Sequence record: MK433583.1
Reading direction: 5' to 3' (one strand)
Source of the DNA: Klebsiella phage ST899-OXA48phi17.2
DNA: 17,998 nt
The notes beneath the pieces are model-generated. The model was given only the letters and a program-made list of their open reading frames with translations. It searched no databases and was not told the DNA's origin. Made by a program: the position numbers and the translations under genes. Positions within the stretch are counted from its first letter, which is position 1; the number at the start of each line of letters is the position of its first letter. Shown here piece after piece: positions 15,151-17,998 of the stretch.

Positions 15151-16887
15151 TCACACTATGATGGGATTACTGAAAAAGTCGTCAATATCGCCGGAATCAT
15201 CCTCATATCCTTCGGAAGCACCGATCGCCATAGCTCCCGCAACAATGCCGTCGATGCGTCCTGTACTCTTTTTCTTTGCAAAAATTCGGTTTTCTTTCTG
15301 ATCAGCCTCCGTAACTGCTGACGCTGCATTCCAGCGAAGGCAAGGGTTTGTCCTGATGATAATGACGCTGTCATCGAGCAACTCCTCGAACAATTCGATC
15401 GAGTGAGGCATCCACAGCCCGGAATCTTTCGCTTTGTAATACCCTTGCCCATGAGGAATTAAGGGAACAGAAACAGATGCCTCCTCTAGCTCCGGCTCAA
15501 GGTATTTAATGCGATACTGGTCGAAGGCGATGGCCTTGATATCAAACTTCTGAGTAAGATCTGCAATGCGCTGGGCAACAAAGCCGTATTTCACCGCTTT
15601 ACCAGGTGTGGTGTGGATGTGACCATCGCGCTCCCAGGCGTCATAAGGTACCCGGTCCGTTTTGGCCCGTTCCAGCAACGTATCTTTCGGGGTCCAGAAC
15701 TCCACCAGCAACTTGCGCTGCTTTGGAAAAAACAACGCCAGTGCCGTCAAATCACGCGATCCGGACAGGTCCAGACCGCCATAGCATTCCTCACCTTCCA
15801 GTTCATCTGGATCAAAGCTCTCCTCACAACCCATCCAGACATCACTGCTCATCCACGGATTAGCCGCGTCAACCCACTGACAGAAGTTAAGACGTCTGAC
15901 GATGCTCTCTTTCGATGGCATCCCGCGGGCCTGAGTCACCTGCTCACGAAGATAGCTTTCTTCAAAGGTGTGACCCAGGGAAGGGTTAGCTTTCTTCCAG
16001 CAGGACTCATCCTTGAAAGGATCGTCTCCTTCATCCAGAGAACAAATGAAAGCAAAAAAGCTGTCATCTTCTATCGAACCGGCAGAAACCTTTCGGCCAT
16101 ATTCGTGATAGTCATAGCAGACGCTGGTTTTATCGTGCCCACTGTTGGTGATCATGAAAATCAGCGCCTGCCGACGGCCTTTGGTACCGGCACGCATCAT
16201 TTCAACAACCTGATTGCTTTTATGCTCGTGAACTTCATCGATAAGAGCGCAATGTGGGCGCGGGCCGGACTGCCCGTCATCTGAACTAATTGGACGAAAG
16301 AAGGAGCCAGACTGAAGAAAAGCCAGGTTCCATTCCTTTCCGGCGCCACCTGATTTCTGAATACGTGCGGAAAGAGCTGGAGATTGATCCACCATCGCGA
16401 CAGCATCACGGAAAAGGACCATTGCCTGGTCTTTCTTCGTGGCAGCGGCATAAACTTCAGCGCGTGCTTCTTTATCCGCAGTGAGACAGTAAAGCCCTAT
16501 ACCAGCAGAAAGAGGGGATTTCCCGGATCCCTTCCCGGACTCCACATAGATCATTCGGAACCGGCGAAAACCTCTGGCGTTTTTCCAGCCAAAAATAGAC
16601 CCAACGATAAAGCACTGCCATGGCAGCAACACGAAAGGCTCGCCTTCGAAATCACCACCGTTGAGCTTCAAAACTTTCGCAAAATAGTCAATCGAGCGTT
16701 GCGCCGCCTCAACATCCCAGTAGATACCACGGGCATGACATGACTGTAGATCGTTGAGGTGGCGCTGGCATGAGTTGCGTATGTCAGGACCAGCCAGTTC
16801 TTTGCCCGAGGTTACATCCATCGCATATTGGGTTGCTGGATCAACCGAAGAACTTGTCGAGCGTGTCCTCTTCGGGGTCTTCGCCAT
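15151..16887 (-). CDS. Terminase large subunit (Terminase_1 / HK97-like ATPase plus nuclease)
   Basis: 578 aa. Walker A-like VESGKGSGKS, a C-terminal nuclease region, and a 47-nt overlap with the terS gene. Confidence 0.9.
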   Translation of the reverse strand: MAKTPKRTRSTSSSVDPATQYAMDVTSGKELAGPDIRNSCQRHLNDLQSCHARGIYWDVEAAQRSIDYFAKVLKLNGGDFEGEPFVLLPWQCFIVGSIFGWKNARGFRRFRMIYVESGKGSGKSPLSAGIGLYCLTADKEARAEVYAAATKKDQAMVLFRDAVAMVDQSPALSARIQKSGGAGKEWNLAFLQSGSFFRPISSDDGQSGPRPHCALIDEVHEHKSNQVVEMMRAGTKGRRQALIFMITNSGHDKTSVCYDYHEYGRKVSAGSIEDDSFFAFICSLDEGDDPFKDESCWKKANPSLGHTFEESYLREQVTQARGMPSKESIVRRLNFCQWVDAANPWMSSDVWMGCEESFDPDELEGEECYGGLDLSGSRDLTALALFFPKQRKLLVEFWTPKDTLLERAKTDRVPYDAWERDGHIHTTPGKAVKYGFVAQRIADLTQKFDIKAIAFDQYRIKYLEPELEEASVSVPLIPHGQGYYKAKDSGLWMPHSIELFEELLDDSVIIIRTNPCLRWNAASAVTEADQKENRIFAKKKSTGRIDGIVAGAMAIGASEGYEDDSGDIDDFFSNPIIV

Positions 16888-17305
16888 TCACTTTCACCTT
16901 CGTCCTTGCCGCTGGCGTCAGACCGAATTCAACCAGGTAACTTTTAAAGCGGCGGTCGGCATCGGCCAGCATCGAAACGGCCGGGTTAGCTTTGATAAGA
17001 AAACCACCCTCGGTCTGGACGGTATAGGTTCTTCCCTCTACTGCGATGGTGTCGCGCAACTGAAGGATATCAGCATAAATATCGCATAGCCGTTCAAGGG
17101 CTAAGGTGTCGGCAACCGTTAGCACCCCCATCCCGTCAAGGAGAACAGTCAACCTTCCCCAGGCAACCTTTCCCCAGTCGGTCAGGTGCGCCGGCGGGCT
17201 TGGAATTTCTCGCGCCGGAGTCGGTTCTTTATCGTTGAGTTTACGTTTGCCCGGGTTGCCGGAGACCACTTTGAGATGGGTCGGTTTCGGGCGTCGTCCT
17301 GCCAT
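16841..17305 (-). CDS. Terminase small subunit, P27 family
   Basis: The N-terminus MAGRRPKPTHLKVVSGNPGKR is the P27-family signature. GGGAGG Shine-Dalgarno. Confidence 0.8.
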   Translation of the reverse strand: MAGRRPKPTHLKVVSGNPGKRKLNDKEPTPAREIPSPPAHLTDWGKVAWGRLTVLLDGMGVLTVADTLALERLCDIYADILQLRDTIAVEGRTYTVQTEGGFLIKANPAVSMLADADRRFKSYLVEFGLTPAARTKVKVNGEDPEEDTLDKFFG

Positions 17306-17422
17306 CGGAACCTCCCAGAAAAAATCTTTTCATTTCGCGGTTTTGTACAAAAAGGATGGGCGGGGGTCATTTAGGGTCAGAGTTCTGAACTTTTGACCCG
17401 CCCCTCCCCTATGGACTTGACG
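17306..17422. promoter_or_regulatory. Candidate cos / terminase recognition region. GC-rich inverted repeat gggcgggggtca ... tgacccgcccc, nested gggtca/tgaccc, and direct GGGTCA repeats.
   Basis: 117-nt non-coding gap between the HNH gene and terS, where HK97-type cos sites lie. Contains dyad and direct repeats. Confidence 0.4.
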
Positions 17423-17764
17423 TCATCTGAACCAGTGAGAGTTTGGATCAAGCGGAATACCGTTTTCATCGCAGCCGATAACGGTGCCACGCTTCTCCAT
17501 TCGTTGCTTTGTTGAGTCATGGTGCTGCTTACACAGCCCTTGCCAGTTCTTCCGGCTCCAGAAAAGCTTTTGCGCTTTTGCTATTGCCTGGCTGTCACCA
17601 GAGCGCAGAGCCTCCTTCAGTTTGTGCGGGATGATGTGGTCAACCACCGTTGCCGCTGTCACCCTGCCTTGCTCCTGGCACATGACGCACAAGGGGTGCG
17701 TACGGAGGAAAATAAGACGCTCACGGTCCCACTTGCTGCCGTAGATGCGGGGCTCTTTGTTCAT
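17423..17764 (-). CDS. HNH endonuclease (packaging-associated, HK97 gp74-like)
   Basis: CVMC ... VDHIIPH ... CKQHH motifs (zinc plus HNH). 113 aa. Directly upstream of terS. Confidence 0.85.
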   Translation of the reverse strand: MNKEPRIYGSKWDRERLIFLRTHPLCVMCQEQGRVTAATVVDHIIPHKLKEALRSGDSQAIAKAQKLFWSRKNWQGLCKQHHDSTKQRMEKRGTVIGCDENGIPLDPNSHWFR

Positions 17765-17786
17765 GTGATATCAGTCCAGGTAGCAT

Positions 17787-17808
17787 AAAAAAACCCGCCG
17801 AAGCGGGT
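17787..17808 (-). terminator. Intrinsic terminator (acccgc ttcg gcgggt + U7) between the zinc-ribbon gene and the HNH gene
   Basis: Perfect 6-bp GC stem with a UUCG tetraloop and a T7 tract on the minus strand, 5 nt after the stop at 17813. Confidence 0.7.
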
Positions 17809-17812
17809 TGAA

Positions 17813-17998
17813 TCATTCTTTCTTACGATAGCCAGGTAAACTCTCAGCTCTCTTTCTCATCTTGTACTCAGTCTCGGACCAGAACTCGCTAGGGTCATTA
17901 TTAAATCCGCAATTCTCGCAGATATAATCACCGGTCCAGCCATCTCTTTGCTTATCCTTTACTACATCATTTGAGCCACACTCAGGGCAATATTTCAT
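17813..17998 (-). CDS. Small zinc-ribbon protein (61 aa; the ATG lies exactly at the window edge, so the upstream context is unseen)
   Basis: Two CxxC pairs (CPECG ... CENCG), followed by an intrinsic terminator. Confidence 0.5.
   Translation of the reverse strand: MKYCPECGSNDVVKDKQRDGWTGDYICENCGFNNDPSEFWSETEYKMRKRAESLPGYRKKE

Larger units (their letters stand above)
1..17998 (-). mobile_element. Prophage or phage late region (packaging, head and tail modules), all genes on the minus strand
   Basis: Contiguous, co-oriented set of HNH, terS, terL, portal, protease, capsid, connectors, tail, chaperones, tape measure and tip genes. Many 1-4 nt ATGA-type overlaps indicate translational coupling. 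Confidence 0.85.

Noticed and set aside
15613-16284. 223 aa plus-strand ORF
   Set aside because: Antisense to the large terminase gene. The same applies to 16384..16743 and 16754..17089.
17358-17404. Calling the GC-rich dyad a lambda-identical cosN
   Set aside because: Only a loose resemblance (GGGCGG...). The overhang sequence and length cannot be verified without virion-end data, so it is reported only as a candidate.
1-17998. tRNA genes, CRISPR arrays, integrase or attachment sites
   Set aside because: No cloverleaf-like or regularly spaced repeat structures were found. All long ORFs are structural or packaging genes, so the integration module must lie outside the window.

Overview
The whole window is the late (structural and packaging) region of a tailed-phage genome, most likely a lambdoid/HK97-type prophage of an enterobacterium. 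This is inferred from about 52% GC and from codon usage. All real genes lie on the minus strand, so phage gene order reads right to left. From the right end the order is: small zinc-ribbon protein, terminator, HNH endonuclease, candidate cos region, small terminase (P27 family), large terminase, portal, prohead protease, HK97-type major capsid protein, terminator, small unknown ORF, gp6-like connector, head closure protein, HK97-gp10-like protein, tail terminator, terminator-like hairpin, major tail protein with an Ig-like C-terminal domain, tail assembly chaperones G and G-T (the -1 frameshift pair), an AT-rich membrane-protein moron, terminator, tape measure protein (about 1194 aa), then a lambda-like tail-tip set (M-like, L-like, K-like NlpC/P60 only, and an I-J fusion of 1026 aa) ending exactly at position 1. 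The plus-strand ORFs in the track are antisense shadows. The best candidate for something new is the moron. It is a gene of roughly 33% GC, flanked by its own inverted-repeat/promoter-like upstream region and a strong bidirectional terminator, and it sits between the G-T chaperone and the tape measure gene. It encodes a protein with three predicted membrane helices and a roughly 100 aa C-terminal domain of unknown family. I propose it is a superinfection-exclusion or defence factor. Other points worth a second look are the apparent gpI-gpJ fusion, the unusual G-T frameshift context (AAG followed by a stop), a packaging-site candidate between the HNH and small terminase genes, and several intrinsic terminator-like hairpins placed directly in front of late-gene ribosome-binding sites. 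No tRNA, CRISPR array, integrase or attachment site was seen.
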